From an uncultured Flavobacteriaceae bacterium (GTDB lineage: Bacteria > Pseudomonadota > Alphaproteobacteria > UBA8366 > Aestuariispiraceae), in assembly GCA_964350445.1 (NCBI GenBank), contig CAYGKA010000007.1, positions 41,341 to 105,340 on the forward strand: 64,000 nucleotides of DNA, written 5' to 3'. The notes beneath the pieces are model-generated. The model ran no database searches, had not been told where the DNA came from, and saw only the letters and a program-made list of their open reading frames with translations. This document shows positions 40,659 through 49,904 of the stretch, in pieces (within the stretch, counting starts at the first letter, position 1; each line of letters starts with the position of its first letter). The translations under genes were made by a program, and so were the position numbers.

Positions 40659-41390
40659 TCAGAGCTGGCTCGTATATCGTTCGAAACGCTGCTTGCAGAG
40701 TTCCTTCAGCACGGAGGGCATGAAACCGTAGAAACGGCCGCTACGGTTTTGCGGCCGGCTGATGAACTGGCCGAAGGTCTCCAGCATGTGCAAGCCCTGC
40801 ATCACAAGCTGAATGCAAACTTCCGTGTTCGCAGCCCGGAATTCGTGCATTTCCATGTCGGGTTCGATCGGGATTGCCGCGCTCAACACCACGCCGCCCC
40901 GGTCATTGTTCGATTCAACACGGTGTAATGTGGACACTAGGCCGTCGAAATCCTTGTGGTAGATGGCCCACAAATGGGTATCGATCCCGAAATAGTCCTC
41001 GGGATTGGCGCCGTGCAAATTGACGATCCGCTCGGGACGGATGTCGATCAACTCTTCCGACAGACGCCCGGTGCCATAGACGATGATTGCGTCGGGATCG
41101 AATTCGCGGATCCTCTGGACGCAGTCAGGGTCGTTGATGTCATGATATGTATGGGTCGGCGCGAAATCGCCCAGGGCTGGCGTCTTGCCATCGAACCAAA
41201 GCTTCTTTTCATAGGTTTCGCTTTCGGATTCGAAATCGTGATGCGTATCGAATTCCGCGGAAATCGGGCGGCGCTCCTCGAACACCATCACATGCGACAC
41301 GTTCTTCGCTATTTCCTTAACGAAGTACGAGTGGTGGATGGTTTCGGTCGTCAGGATAGCGACGCGCATGTCGGTTGGCTTTTCCGCCAT
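40659..41390 (-). CDS. Formyltransferase-fold protein (Formyl_trans_N-like)
   Basis: RVAILTTETIHH ... IVNLHGANPEDYFG ... NNDRGGVV shows the Asn/His/Asp catalytic pattern. The start is uncertain (41390, 41369 or 41426) and overlaps the upstream gene's end. Confidence 0.65.
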   Translation of the reverse strand: MAEKPTDMRVAILTTETIHHSYFVKEIAKNVSHVMVFEERRPISAEFDTHHDFESESETYEKKLWFDGKTPALGDFAPTHTYHDINDPDCVQRIREFDPDAIIVYGTGRLSEELIDIRPERIVNLHGANPEDYFGIDTHLWAIYHKDFDGLVSTLHRVESNNDRGGVVLSAAIPIEPDMEMHEFRAANTEVCIQLVMQGLHMLETFGQFISRPQNRSGRFYGFMPSVLKELCKQRFERYTSQL

Positions 41391-42511
41391 GACCAATCCT
41401 CGATTAAAAAGCCCGGTATCTTCCATACATCGGAATCACGGCGCCAGATTGCAGGATTCCGAAAGCTCTCGCAAACCTGCCAAAACCATTCTTCGGGCAG
41501 CCCTTGGAAGGCGCAGAACGCCTTGATGTCTTCATCGGGAGCTTCCCACCCTTTACGACGAACGATTTCAATCGCTTCTTCTCTGGTTGTCATGCCCATC
41601 CTAATCTGAACCGACAGGTTATCAAAGCTGCGTGTGATGCCGAATTTGTACCATTTGAGAAAGTGATGCAGTGAGATGAAGCGGCAGTCTATATCGGCAA
41701 AGTCCCAGGTGCCGGTCTTGAGGTGGCTGGCGTCCGATTTAAAGCCGCGTTCCGCGGCAATCCTGGCATTCTCGAAACTGTTCCATTTGAAAAAGGACCC
41801 TAGGAAAACCGATTCCAGTTTGAAATCGCCGGGCCCGTCCCCGGCCTCCCCCAACGCATAGGCGGCGAGGTCGTCTTCCGTCAGGCCTTCCGCGCTGATC
41901 CAATCCGCGGCGTTCGTGGATTGCAGACATCCGTGCTTGGCAAGCCATTCCCTGTCCAGATGGGTCGCCAGCCGTTCGTCCTTCGCTCCGCCATATTCAA
42001 GCTGGGCGTTCTCGCCCCAAACGATCAGTGGAATGCGCAACTGCAGGGCGAGCCGTATCGGAATGGCAAACAACGCCATATGCATGGGAAGGCCGGTCGC
42101 GCCCAATTTTTCGAAAGCAGCCTTCATGAATCGACGCTCGACATCGGGGTTTATCGTGTAGTCGATGTGATCCACGCCAAGACAGCGGATCATACTGTCC
42201 AGGTTCTGCTGCCCGATTTCGGTGCGTGCCGGGGTCCGCCAGGTAACGGCCAAGACTTTCAGGCCGAATTCCTGCGCCTTGATGATCTGATACCAGCTGT
42301 CCTTGCCGCCGCTGACCGGGACGATGCAATCATAACCGGCGCTACGCTCCTTCGCATCGGCCACGAGCGCCGCGAACGCGGCCTCCCTGGCGGGCCAATC
42401 GATGTGGTGTTCCTTGTCCTCATGTCCCCGGCACGCCGAACATATCCCCGCCTCGTCGATGGTCAGGCCCGGTCGTGTATCCGGCAGAATGCATCTTTCG
42501 CAGTAGCGCAT
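41351..42511 (-). CDS. N-acetyl sugar amidotransferase (PP-loop; PseA/WbpG family)
   Basis: MRYCERCILPDTRPGLTIDEAGICSACRGH (Zn-ribbon) followed by the PP-loop VPVSGGKDSWYQ. Confidence 0.82.
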   Translation of the reverse strand: MRYCERCILPDTRPGLTIDEAGICSACRGHEDKEHHIDWPAREAAFAALVADAKERSAGYDCIVPVSGGKDSWYQIIKAQEFGLKVLAVTWRTPARTEIGQQNLDSMIRCLGVDHIDYTINPDVERRFMKAAFEKLGATGLPMHMALFAIPIRLALQLRIPLIVWGENAQLEYGGAKDERLATHLDREWLAKHGCLQSTNAADWISAEGLTEDDLAAYALGEAGDGPGDFKLESVFLGSFFKWNSFENARIAAERGFKSDASHLKTGTWDFADIDCRFISLHHFLKWYKFGITRSFDNLSVQIRMGMTTREEAIEIVRRKGWEAPDEDIKAFCAFQGLPEEWFWQVCESFRNPAIWRRDSDVWKIPGFLIEDWSWRKSQPTCASLS

Positions 42512-42521
42512 GGTGGTCCCG

Positions 42522-44354
42522 TCACAAATCGGCCGTAGCCGCCCTATCCATGAACAGTTTGGCCGATATCAAGGAAAACAGAAACTTGCTTTCACTGTTC
42601 AACGACGCCCCCTGTCCCAGGAAGGATTCGACCTTGTCCCGATCCACGATGTCGTAGAACGGGGAGTTATCCAGAATAGCGCACCGGACTTTCGGGGCAG
42701 TGACGTCGATCATATTCGTAACCGGCGCGTTGATACCCTGCTTGCGCGGGTTTGCCATGATCTCCGGTGCGGCAATTCCCTCACCCGCCTTTCGAAGCAG
42801 GTATTTGGGCAACCCGTCATGGATCAAATGGCGCGTCGGAACGGTCGTGAGAAAATCGGCCAGCCGGCTGTCCAGAAAAGCCGCACGGTTCTCGACCGAA
42901 TAGGCCATGGCGGCCAAATCGTCTTCGTGCAGCATCACAGGTACGGTCTCGACGAACAACTCGTTCAACATTCGACCGCGCAATGGGTCGTCCGCATAGT
43001 CCTTTTCCCGGTGCGGCTCGTCGAACGGATCCCGCAAAAAATTGGCGAACCGGTCCGCCTCCAGGAAAATGTGATCGCGTGATGCCGGGTTTTCGATGAA
43101 GGCGCGCGGGTTCTGAAGAAACGGGTTCCGCACGAACCGGCCATAGGTTCCCCGCCACTCTTCCACCAAATTGTCAAAACCCGGGCGGTCCTTCTGCGAC
43201 GCCAGCCAGAAGAGATAGTGGTCATAGTAGCCCGAGAACAACTCGTCTGCGCCGGTCCCGCCCAAGGAAACCTTGAACCCCGCCTGGTGGATCTTTTCGG
43301 AGACCAGCGCATGGAGGTAATAGGAAATCGTCATCAGCGGACCGTCAAAATAATCGATCAGTCCCTCCAACCGCTCCAGGAAACCGTCCTTCGGAATTCT
43401 GATCGCGTGGTGGTCGCAGCCGAAATACTCGACGGCCCTGCGGATACTGGCCGTTTCGTCATACCGGGGGTCATCGTCCAGAACGGAGAACGCCGTGACC
43501 TTACGGCCGAGGACGTTTTGTGCGACGCCGGCAATGACATTGGAATCGATGCCACCGCTTAACCGGACGGCGACGGGGACGTCCGCGCGCAACCGGTATT
43601 CGATAGCGTCGACCACATGCTTCCTGGCCTTTTCGACTGCTTCTTCCAGCGTCATCTCGCGGGGCGCGTAACGAAGCGACCAATAAGGCCGCGGAGAAAT
43701 CTGTCGATCGCCTGCGATCTGGGCGATCATACCGGCGGGGAATTCGGAAACGCCTTCATGGAACGTCTCCCCCGCCGCATAGAGCGCCTTGTAGCCGTTC
43801 ACGAGGTAGCGGCGGATTTGCGCGACATTCACTGCCGGTTTCTCCCCGGCCATGACCGCAAGCGCTTTCACTTCGGAGGCGAAGAACAACCCGTCCGGCC
43901 GGTTCCATAGATAAAGCGGCTTTTCACCAAAGCGGTCCCGGCTGAGCAGCACGACGTCCCGCGACGAGTCGTGCAGCGCGAAGGCCCACATCCCCTCGAA
44001 CCGCTCGACCGCCGCCGCGCCCCAATGGCGATAGGCTTCCAGAATGACTTCCGTATCGCCGGTCGTAGCGAATTCGGCGCCGAGATCGCGCAGCTCAGCC
44101 CGCAATTCCGGATAGTTGTAGACCTCTCCGTTGTAGATCAGCGTCATTCCATGCTTCCGGAAGGGCTGATCGGAACGGGTATCGAGGTCGACGATCGATA
44201 ACCGCGTGTGCATCAGGGAAAGGCTTCCCTGTCCCAGCGGAACCACAGCATGTCCGCTGCCATCCGGACCGCGCGTCCGCATACGGTCGAGCACCCTGCT
44301 CAGACGGACACCGTCCAGAGGTTCTGATGTTATCGCGCCGGCAATTCCGCACAT
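42522..44354 (-). CDS. Asparagine synthase (glutamine-hydrolysing) family amidotransferase
   Basis: N-terminal nucleophile MCGIAG and PP-loop-like RLSGGIDSN; 610 aa. Confidence 0.85.
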   Translation of the reverse strand: MCGIAGAITSEPLDGVRLSRVLDRMRTRGPDGSGHAVVPLGQGSLSLMHTRLSIVDLDTRSDQPFRKHGMTLIYNGEVYNYPELRAELRDLGAEFATTGDTEVILEAYRHWGAAAVERFEGMWAFALHDSSRDVVLLSRDRFGEKPLYLWNRPDGLFFASEVKALAVMAGEKPAVNVAQIRRYLVNGYKALYAAGETFHEGVSEFPAGMIAQIAGDRQISPRPYWSLRYAPREMTLEEAVEKARKHVVDAIEYRLRADVPVAVRLSGGIDSNVIAGVAQNVLGRKVTAFSVLDDDPRYDETASIRRAVEYFGCDHHAIRIPKDGFLERLEGLIDYFDGPLMTISYYLHALVSEKIHQAGFKVSLGGTGADELFSGYYDHYLFWLASQKDRPGFDNLVEEWRGTYGRFVRNPFLQNPRAFIENPASRDHIFLEADRFANFLRDPFDEPHREKDYADDPLRGRMLNELFVETVPVMLHEDDLAAMAYSVENRAAFLDSRLADFLTTVPTRHLIHDGLPKYLLRKAGEGIAAPEIMANPRKQGINAPVTNMIDVTAPKVRCAILDNSPFYDIVDRDKVESFLGQGASLNSESKFLFSLISAKLFMDRAATADL

Positions 44355-44375
44355 GGCTCTAGACCGGCCGCGTGG

Positions 44376-46373
44376 TCATGCCGCGACGGCCGCGACCTTG
44401 GAGCGCAGATCAGCGGCAAGTTCCGCGCTGCTCTGCCGCATTTCCGCGACGAGGCCCAGCATGGTGTCGCGGAAGAATTCAAAGAACGGTCCGCGCTCGC
44501 CCACGTCCATCCGGCGATACGCCCGGTACAGAAACGTGAAACAAACCATCATTGTGCCGACATGCATGCGCTGCACGCAGACATCCACATCCGGCGCAGC
44601 ATTGTCCTCAAGCAGACGTTTGAATTCATCGTAGAATTTTCGAAGGTCCAGATTATCCGCGGATGCGGATTTCAACACGCCCTCGATGCCGGCGTAGAAC
44701 TGGTCCATCGCCTCCGCGAGAATTTCCAACTTCTCGGGCGGCGCCATTTCCCTCCGCTCGGCGGCATCGAACTCGCCGCGCAACCGTTCCAACTCCCGGC
44801 TCTTGCGGGAAATATCCCCCTCCAGAACCGCTGATTGGGGCAGGCAGGGAATCGCGCCCGGAATGCGGATACCGTCACTGAGGTTGCGGACAACCGCGTC
44901 CTTGTAGCGCGCGATCAACCCCGAGAAACTGACGCTGGCGTATAGAAAACTATGATTGGTCTGGACTGTTCCGCCAAAATTTCCCGGTGAGGATATCGTG
45001 TATTTCGTTGCGTTCAGATGGTCAGGATGACTTGCAAGAAATCCTTCATCGGCGACATAGACGGAATGGCGCCCATGATGAACCGATGCATCCCGGGACC
45101 CTAAATCGACGCCGACGAGATACAATTGCCTGAAACCCATGCCGAGCGCGATGCGCGCGGCCGTGTTGGCAACCGTCGGGGCGGCGTAATAGACCTCCCC
45201 GAACCGCTGCCCGAACAATTTCGACGAACAGACGGAGTCGCGGAAGAACAGGATCCGGTTCCCGAAACAGGCGGCCATTTCCGGGCGCACCGTATTGCTG
45301 GCGATCAACGAAATCCGCGACAGATCGTACTTCTCCGAGAGGGATTGAATGATTTCCACCGGACCCGGTGTATTTTCGATCTCGACATGGAAGTCGGGAT
45401 AGATCCCGTGCCCGAGAAGCGCGCCCAGCCCCGTACCGCAGCTGATGACGACGGCGTCATCCTTATGCAGGCGAACGAATTCCGCGCCCTCGTCGATCGA
45501 CGGACCCGACCCGCACACGATCACCGGGCTGCGCTTCGCAACGCGCGGCTTGTCGGCATAGACCAACATATCCTGGCTGGTCACGTTGCCGACGTAGTTG
45601 CGGATCATCACCTGCTCGTCCTCGAAAAAGCCCGGGTTCGAGGACAGCAAGGGCAGCCGGTCAAGAAATCGCTTCTTGGCTTCGGAAAGCACGGCGGAAG
45701 GATAGTGATCGAAGATGTAGGACCCATCGATCAACCCGAAGGAATCCTGCCGCATCATGTAGAAGAGGAAGTTCGCGATGACCTCCGGCGTGTCGTGGAT
45801 AACGAAGTTCAGCAGACCGTTGCGCCGGTGGATCGTCTCGAACAGCGGCGTGAGTTCCACTTGACGCATGGCGTGATAAAGAAATTCATCGAACTGTTCC
45901 ACAACAATGACAGAGCGCACATCAAGTCGCTCGATCAAGGGTTCCAGGTGTAGGCCAAGGCCGAGGCCGAAGATGATCAGGTATCCGCCATCGGCATCCA
46001 CTTCGTGATCCCGCCCCATGATGCCCTTGTCCTGCAGGTAACCGACACCGGCGCCGACCATCCGTTCCGCCACACGGTCGTATTCCTCGGGAACGCCTGG
46101 CCAGCCTTGCAGGATACGTTGATATCGAACGTTCTTGTAGGCATCGACTTGTTGGGCCGTGAAGGAAACGGCATCTCCCGCATAGAGCATGGAATGCCCA
46201 AGATCGATATTCAGGGTCCCGTCTTCGCTTTTTCCGACAACCCTGGAATAAGGTTCCATCACCCCGGCGAAACGCGGAGCCAGATGCGGCTGATACTTCC
46301 GCATCGCTTCCAAATTCCGTTCAAAGAGCCCTTCGGCCATATCGATACGCCTTGTATTTCCGAGCGAATTCAT
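44376..46373 (-). CDS. Motility-associated factor (Maf, DUF115) flagellin glycosyltransferase family protein
   Basis: LFERNLEAMRKYQPHLA N-terminus, central VIVCGSGPSIDE (MptE-like/DUF115) and a helical C-terminal domain. 665 aa, next to the flagellin genes. Confidence 0.8.
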   Translation of the reverse strand: MNSLGNTRRIDMAEGLFERNLEAMRKYQPHLAPRFAGVMEPYSRVVGKSEDGTLNIDLGHSMLYAGDAVSFTAQQVDAYKNVRYQRILQGWPGVPEEYDRVAERMVGAGVGYLQDKGIMGRDHEVDADGGYLIIFGLGLGLHLEPLIERLDVRSVIVVEQFDEFLYHAMRQVELTPLFETIHRRNGLLNFVIHDTPEVIANFLFYMMRQDSFGLIDGSYIFDHYPSAVLSEAKKRFLDRLPLLSSNPGFFEDEQVMIRNYVGNVTSQDMLVYADKPRVAKRSPVIVCGSGPSIDEGAEFVRLHKDDAVVISCGTGLGALLGHGIYPDFHVEIENTPGPVEIIQSLSEKYDLSRISLIASNTVRPEMAACFGNRILFFRDSVCSSKLFGQRFGEVYYAAPTVANTAARIALGMGFRQLYLVGVDLGSRDASVHHGRHSVYVADEGFLASHPDHLNATKYTISSPGNFGGTVQTNHSFLYASVSFSGLIARYKDAVVRNLSDGIRIPGAIPCLPQSAVLEGDISRKSRELERLRGEFDAAERREMAPPEKLEILAEAMDQFYAGIEGVLKSASADNLDLRKFYDEFKRLLEDNAAPDVDVCVQRMHVGTMMVCFTFLYRAYRRMDVGERGPFFEFFRDTMLGLVAEMRQSSAELAADLRSKVAAVAA

Positions 46374-46386
46374 AGAGTTACGAGAA

Positions 46387-48321
46387 TCAGGAAGACATTA
46401 CCGCAACTTTCCTCAATACATCAACAAATGAACCCGACAGGTCCTTCGACCTTTCAGGCAGCAGAGCATCTCGAACTTTACCGTCCATTTCCTCTTTCGC
46501 GGCATTGAGAACCTCGATCCCGCCGCCCAACTCGGTCGCCTTCGAGAGCATCGCTTCGAGGTCAGTCACAACCAAATCGCCAAGGCCGATCTGCCGAAGC
46601 AAGGCCGATGAAACATGGTTGCCGGTCACCCCCATCGTCCGAACCAGAATGGGACAGGAATTGGTGATTGCCTCCCAGGTCAGGTTCAGGTCTCCGTCAG
46701 GCCCAGGGTCCAAAACGAAATCCACATTCCCGATGAAATTGTCGATCGCCTTTGCGGAATTCTTTTCCGGCTCGCTGTAGTCCAACCGGTCAAGTATCCC
46801 GGCTTTTTCCAATCTGGGTTCGATCACGTCCAAACCGGGAGTTCCGCCGATTGCGATCGGATTCACCACGAGTCGGATCGTCGGATTCGCGCCGCACAAC
46901 TGCGCAAGCATTGCGAGAAAGTCATCGTTCAATTTTCTTGGCGGCGCGGAAATACCGACGCGGACCGGCATCCACGGCAAGGCTTTCCGAACCGCCGGCA
47001 CCGTGACATCCGGTTCGAAGGCGAAAGGCCGGCACGCCACACGCTCTCCGTTGTTCAACAGAACGCCGTCTCCGTCGATCGATCCTTCGTGAATGACCGC
47101 ATCCGCATCGGCAATCCCAAACCAGGACAAAACCACGGGCGCGGGTTTGGCGCCGACCGCCCCCATGCGCCCGGTGGCGCCGTGGCCATCCAAGTCTATC
47201 AGGACGTCGATCCGATCGTTCCGCACGATGCGCGCGACGGTGGCGTCATCAACCTCGCCGATATCGGTCCAGTCTGCGACACTCCCGCGGATCTTTCGGG
47301 TCAGGGCGTCGTCCCACACATTATTGCTATACACATGCACGCTGACATCGGGTTTTCCGTGAACGGTGAACGCAGGCCAAAATGCCTCCAACCCCTGCAA
47401 CCCACGCAAGCGTCCGCCCAAAAGACCAATCCGCAGGACACCGCCCGCAACAGGCTCCGATCGCGGCAACGGCCGCTCTCGATCCGGCTTGAAACTGATC
47501 TCCCACAATCGCTCGGATTTGCGGATATCTTCCGGGTCGAGCCCCGGCAAAACATACAAGTCCCTGATCAGGGCGGACCTGACGCTGGGTGAACCCGGCA
47601 ATTCCTGAACCGCCTTGATATGGCAGGATTGCGCCTCATCGAAACTGCCGATGATGGTGAGGATTTGCGCAACGGCAGACATATCTTCGAAACTGGCCTT
47701 GCGGATCGATGAAAGCGCCTGGCTGGCAAGAAGCGCCTCATAGGGTTGCCCCATCTGAACCAGGCAATGCCGTAAGCCCCGCCACCCGCGGTCATCCGAG
47801 GATTTCGTCTCCACCCCCGCGCGGAATTCGACCGCCGCTTCGACATACCGCCCTTCGCGCATCAGGTTGAGACCGGCATCCACCTTGTCGCTACGGTCCA
47901 TTCCCCGCATGGCATCTTCAAAGGAGCCTAGCCATGCCGGCAGCAAACCGGGAATAGTCGCAGCATGTGGTAAAGAAGGCGATAATTTACCATAGAAGAG
48001 AGCATCGTTCAGACGCGCCAATTTGGCGCTGACGATCGCCAATGCCTCGCAATGTTCACGGACATCGGGGGCGGCGTCATGGGCAATGCGAAAAAGTTCT
48101 TCCGCCCGCAGCGCGCTGTCCATGCGCATGGCTGATAGACCCAATACATGAATGGCCGCGCCATAACCGGGCGCGATCTTGATCGCCTCGCCGGTCGCAT
48201 CGACTGCCGATTCGGTATCGCCCACCTCCAGGGAAGCAAGCGCCTTCGCCAAAAGGACGTCGGCCTTTTCGCGATCTCCCGACATGCGCAAATGCCCTTC
48301 TATATGCGATTCAACGGGCAA
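46387..48321 (-). CDS. TPR-repeat protein fused to a GT41 (SPY/OGT-like) glycosyltransferase domain, FlmG-like
   Basis: N-terminal TPRs (GDTESAVDATGEAIKIAPGYGAA...). C-terminal LRIGLLGGRLRG ... IDVLIDLDGHGATGRMGAVGAKPAPVVLSWFG resembles the GT41 fold. TTG at 48321 or ATG at 48285. Confidence 0.75.
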   Translation of the reverse strand: MPVESHIEGHLRMSGDREKADVLLAKALASLEVGDTESAVDATGEAIKIAPGYGAAIHVLGLSAMRMDSALRAEELFRIAHDAAPDVREHCEALAIVSAKLARLNDALFYGKLSPSLPHAATIPGLLPAWLGSFEDAMRGMDRSDKVDAGLNLMREGRYVEAAVEFRAGVETKSSDDRGWRGLRHCLVQMGQPYEALLASQALSSIRKASFEDMSAVAQILTIIGSFDEAQSCHIKAVQELPGSPSVRSALIRDLYVLPGLDPEDIRKSERLWEISFKPDRERPLPRSEPVAGGVLRIGLLGGRLRGLQGLEAFWPAFTVHGKPDVSVHVYSNNVWDDALTRKIRGSVADWTDIGEVDDATVARIVRNDRIDVLIDLDGHGATGRMGAVGAKPAPVVLSWFGIADADAVIHEGSIDGDGVLLNNGERVACRPFAFEPDVTVPAVRKALPWMPVRVGISAPPRKLNDDFLAMLAQLCGANPTIRLVVNPIAIGGTPGLDVIEPRLEKAGILDRLDYSEPEKNSAKAIDNFIGNVDFVLDPGPDGDLNLTWEAITNSCPILVRTMGVTGNHVSSALLRQIGLGDLVVTDLEAMLSKATELGGGIEVLNAAKEEMDGKVRDALLPERSKDLSGSFVDVLRKVAVMSS

Positions 48322-48483
48322 TTTTTACACAACACCCGCCAAGTGTTGCCATACTTATCTTGATTCCACGGGGAACAAGGAATGCAGCGGCTGTAAAGCG
48401 GAGTTGACCCAAAAGGCGATCACCCCACAAACCGCCGCGGAGGCGCCCGTAGTGAACGGACACCCCCGCCGACGATTTCAACC

Positions 48484-49389
48484 TTACTGGAGCAGCGCCA
48501 GGATAGCCTGCTGCTGCTGACCGGAGATCGACAGCGACTGAATACCCAACTGCTGCCTGGTCTGCAGGGCGACGAGGTTCGCGCCTTCTTCGTTCAGGTC
48601 CGCCAAGGTGAGCTTGTCGGCGCCGACCGAAAGTTCGTTCACGTATTCCTGCGTGAAGTCCAATCGGGTTTGCAGGATGGCGACGTTCGACCCGAGGGAC
48701 TGTGCAAGACCGCGCAACCGGCCGATCCCGGCGTCCAGAACACGGACGGCGTTCGTGGCCGTCGTGACGCTGGAGTTGTCCAAACCGAAGGAGGTGAAGG
48801 ACCCGCCCGAGACGCCGAAGTTCGACAAGGTGAAAGTCGAGTTGTTCGAGGTGAAGGCGGCGATGGAAAAGATCCCGAATGCCGTATCCGCCTGCGTCGT
48901 GTTCAAGTTCAAACCCTGAACCTGCAACCGCGACGATGTCCGAACCCCAAACGCCACATCGAGTGTGGAGTTCGTGGAGGTCAACAGGTTGAGCCCTTGG
49001 TAGGCCGTATCTTCGACGAGTTCGAAAATCTGCTTACCAACTTCGACGAACTGGGAAGAAGCTGCCTGCCGCTCCTGGGTCGACTGCGACCGGGCGGCTT
49101 CGACGATACCTTTGAGCTGGTTCAGCAAAGTGTCGATCGCTTCAATCGCGTTCAGCGACGTATTCAGCGCGCTGATACCCTGATTGATATCGTCTTTGCG
49201 AAGTTGGAAGTCGCTGGCGCGGTCGGAAAGTGTCCGTGCCCGGAAGAAGTTCACCGCGTCATCGACAACTTCGTTGATCTTTCGGCCCGTCGACAAGCGG
49301 GTCTGAGTGCGGTCACTCAAAACCTGCGTGCGCTGCAAAGACAGCAGCGACGAGCGTTGGGCGGCTGTAAGCGCGATATCGTTGGTCAT
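48484..49389 (-). CDS. Flagellin (301 aa, alphaproteobacterial short type), copy 1
   Basis: MTNDIALTAAQRSSLLSLQRTQ ... C-terminal LVALQTRQQLGIQSLSISGQQQQAILALLQ. The central region is Ser/Thr-rich. Confidence 0.93.
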   Translation of the reverse strand: MTNDIALTAAQRSSLLSLQRTQVLSDRTQTRLSTGRKINEVVDDAVNFFRARTLSDRASDFQLRKDDINQGISALNTSLNAIEAIDTLLNQLKGIVEAARSQSTQERQAASSQFVEVGKQIFELVEDTAYQGLNLLTSTNSTLDVAFGVRTSSRLQVQGLNLNTTQADTAFGIFSIAAFTSNNSTFTLSNFGVSGGSFTSFGLDNSSVTTATNAVRVLDAGIGRLRGLAQSLGSNVAILQTRLDFTQEYVNELSVGADKLTLADLNEEGANLVALQTRQQLGIQSLSISGQQQQAILALLQ

Positions 49390-49511
49390 GATCTCTCTAC
49401 CTTTCTGGCTGACGGATTCTCCGCCGCTCCTTCTCTCTCAATCGTTCTCTCGATCCGTCGTCGTGCTGAAAGAGCGCACAGCGCCATGGCGCGACAAACC
49501 GTCGGGATTAC

Positions 49512-49527
49512 ATCAAGTTCCGTGCCA
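49512..49527 (-). promoter_or_regulatory. Sigma-54-type promoter of flagellin copy 1
   Basis: The minus strand reads TGGCAC-GGAAC-TTGAT. The -24 element is perfect; the -12 element is TTGA instead of TTGC. Implies a 5' UTR of about 110 nt. Confidence 0.5.
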
Positions 49528-49811
49528 AATTTCTGTATAGTATTGATTTAATTGAGTTTATTGTGATTTTTAGGGAAAAGGACGGAGGGTGGAATCCGTA
49601 CTGATCCGGCGCCGCGGCAGATTCCTCCTATCGGGTGATAGGCCTTGGTGGGCAAGAATCGACACTGCAGGGCGGCGGAGACCGTGGGACGCAGGCCAGG
49701 TCCCCGGTCGCGGTCATCGGGAAGCGGTCAACCGGGCGCGACTACGCGGAGGATGTCAGCGGCCGCTGCGGCCCGGCAAAGCGTGAACCGGCCGGCGGAG
49801 AGGCAGCGTCG

Positions 49812-49842
49812 GAAAAGAAAAAGGGCCCCGCGAACGGGGCCC
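49812..49842 (-). terminator. Rho-independent terminator of flagellin copy 2
   Basis: GGGCCCCG cgaa CGGGGCCC (49823-49842), followed on the minus strand by TTTTTCTTTTC. Confidence 0.75.
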
Positions 49843-49904
49843 TTCAGGAGATCGATACGATCGAGAGAGAGATAAGAGAGATCGATCGATTTGTACGCTA
49901 GTCC

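Noticed and set aside
48322-48483. TGGCAA-like sequence (minus strand) upstream of the FlmG-like gene
   Set aside because: The GG-to-GC spacing is 9 nt rather than 10, so it was not called a promoter. Read-through from flagellin-1 was considered instead.
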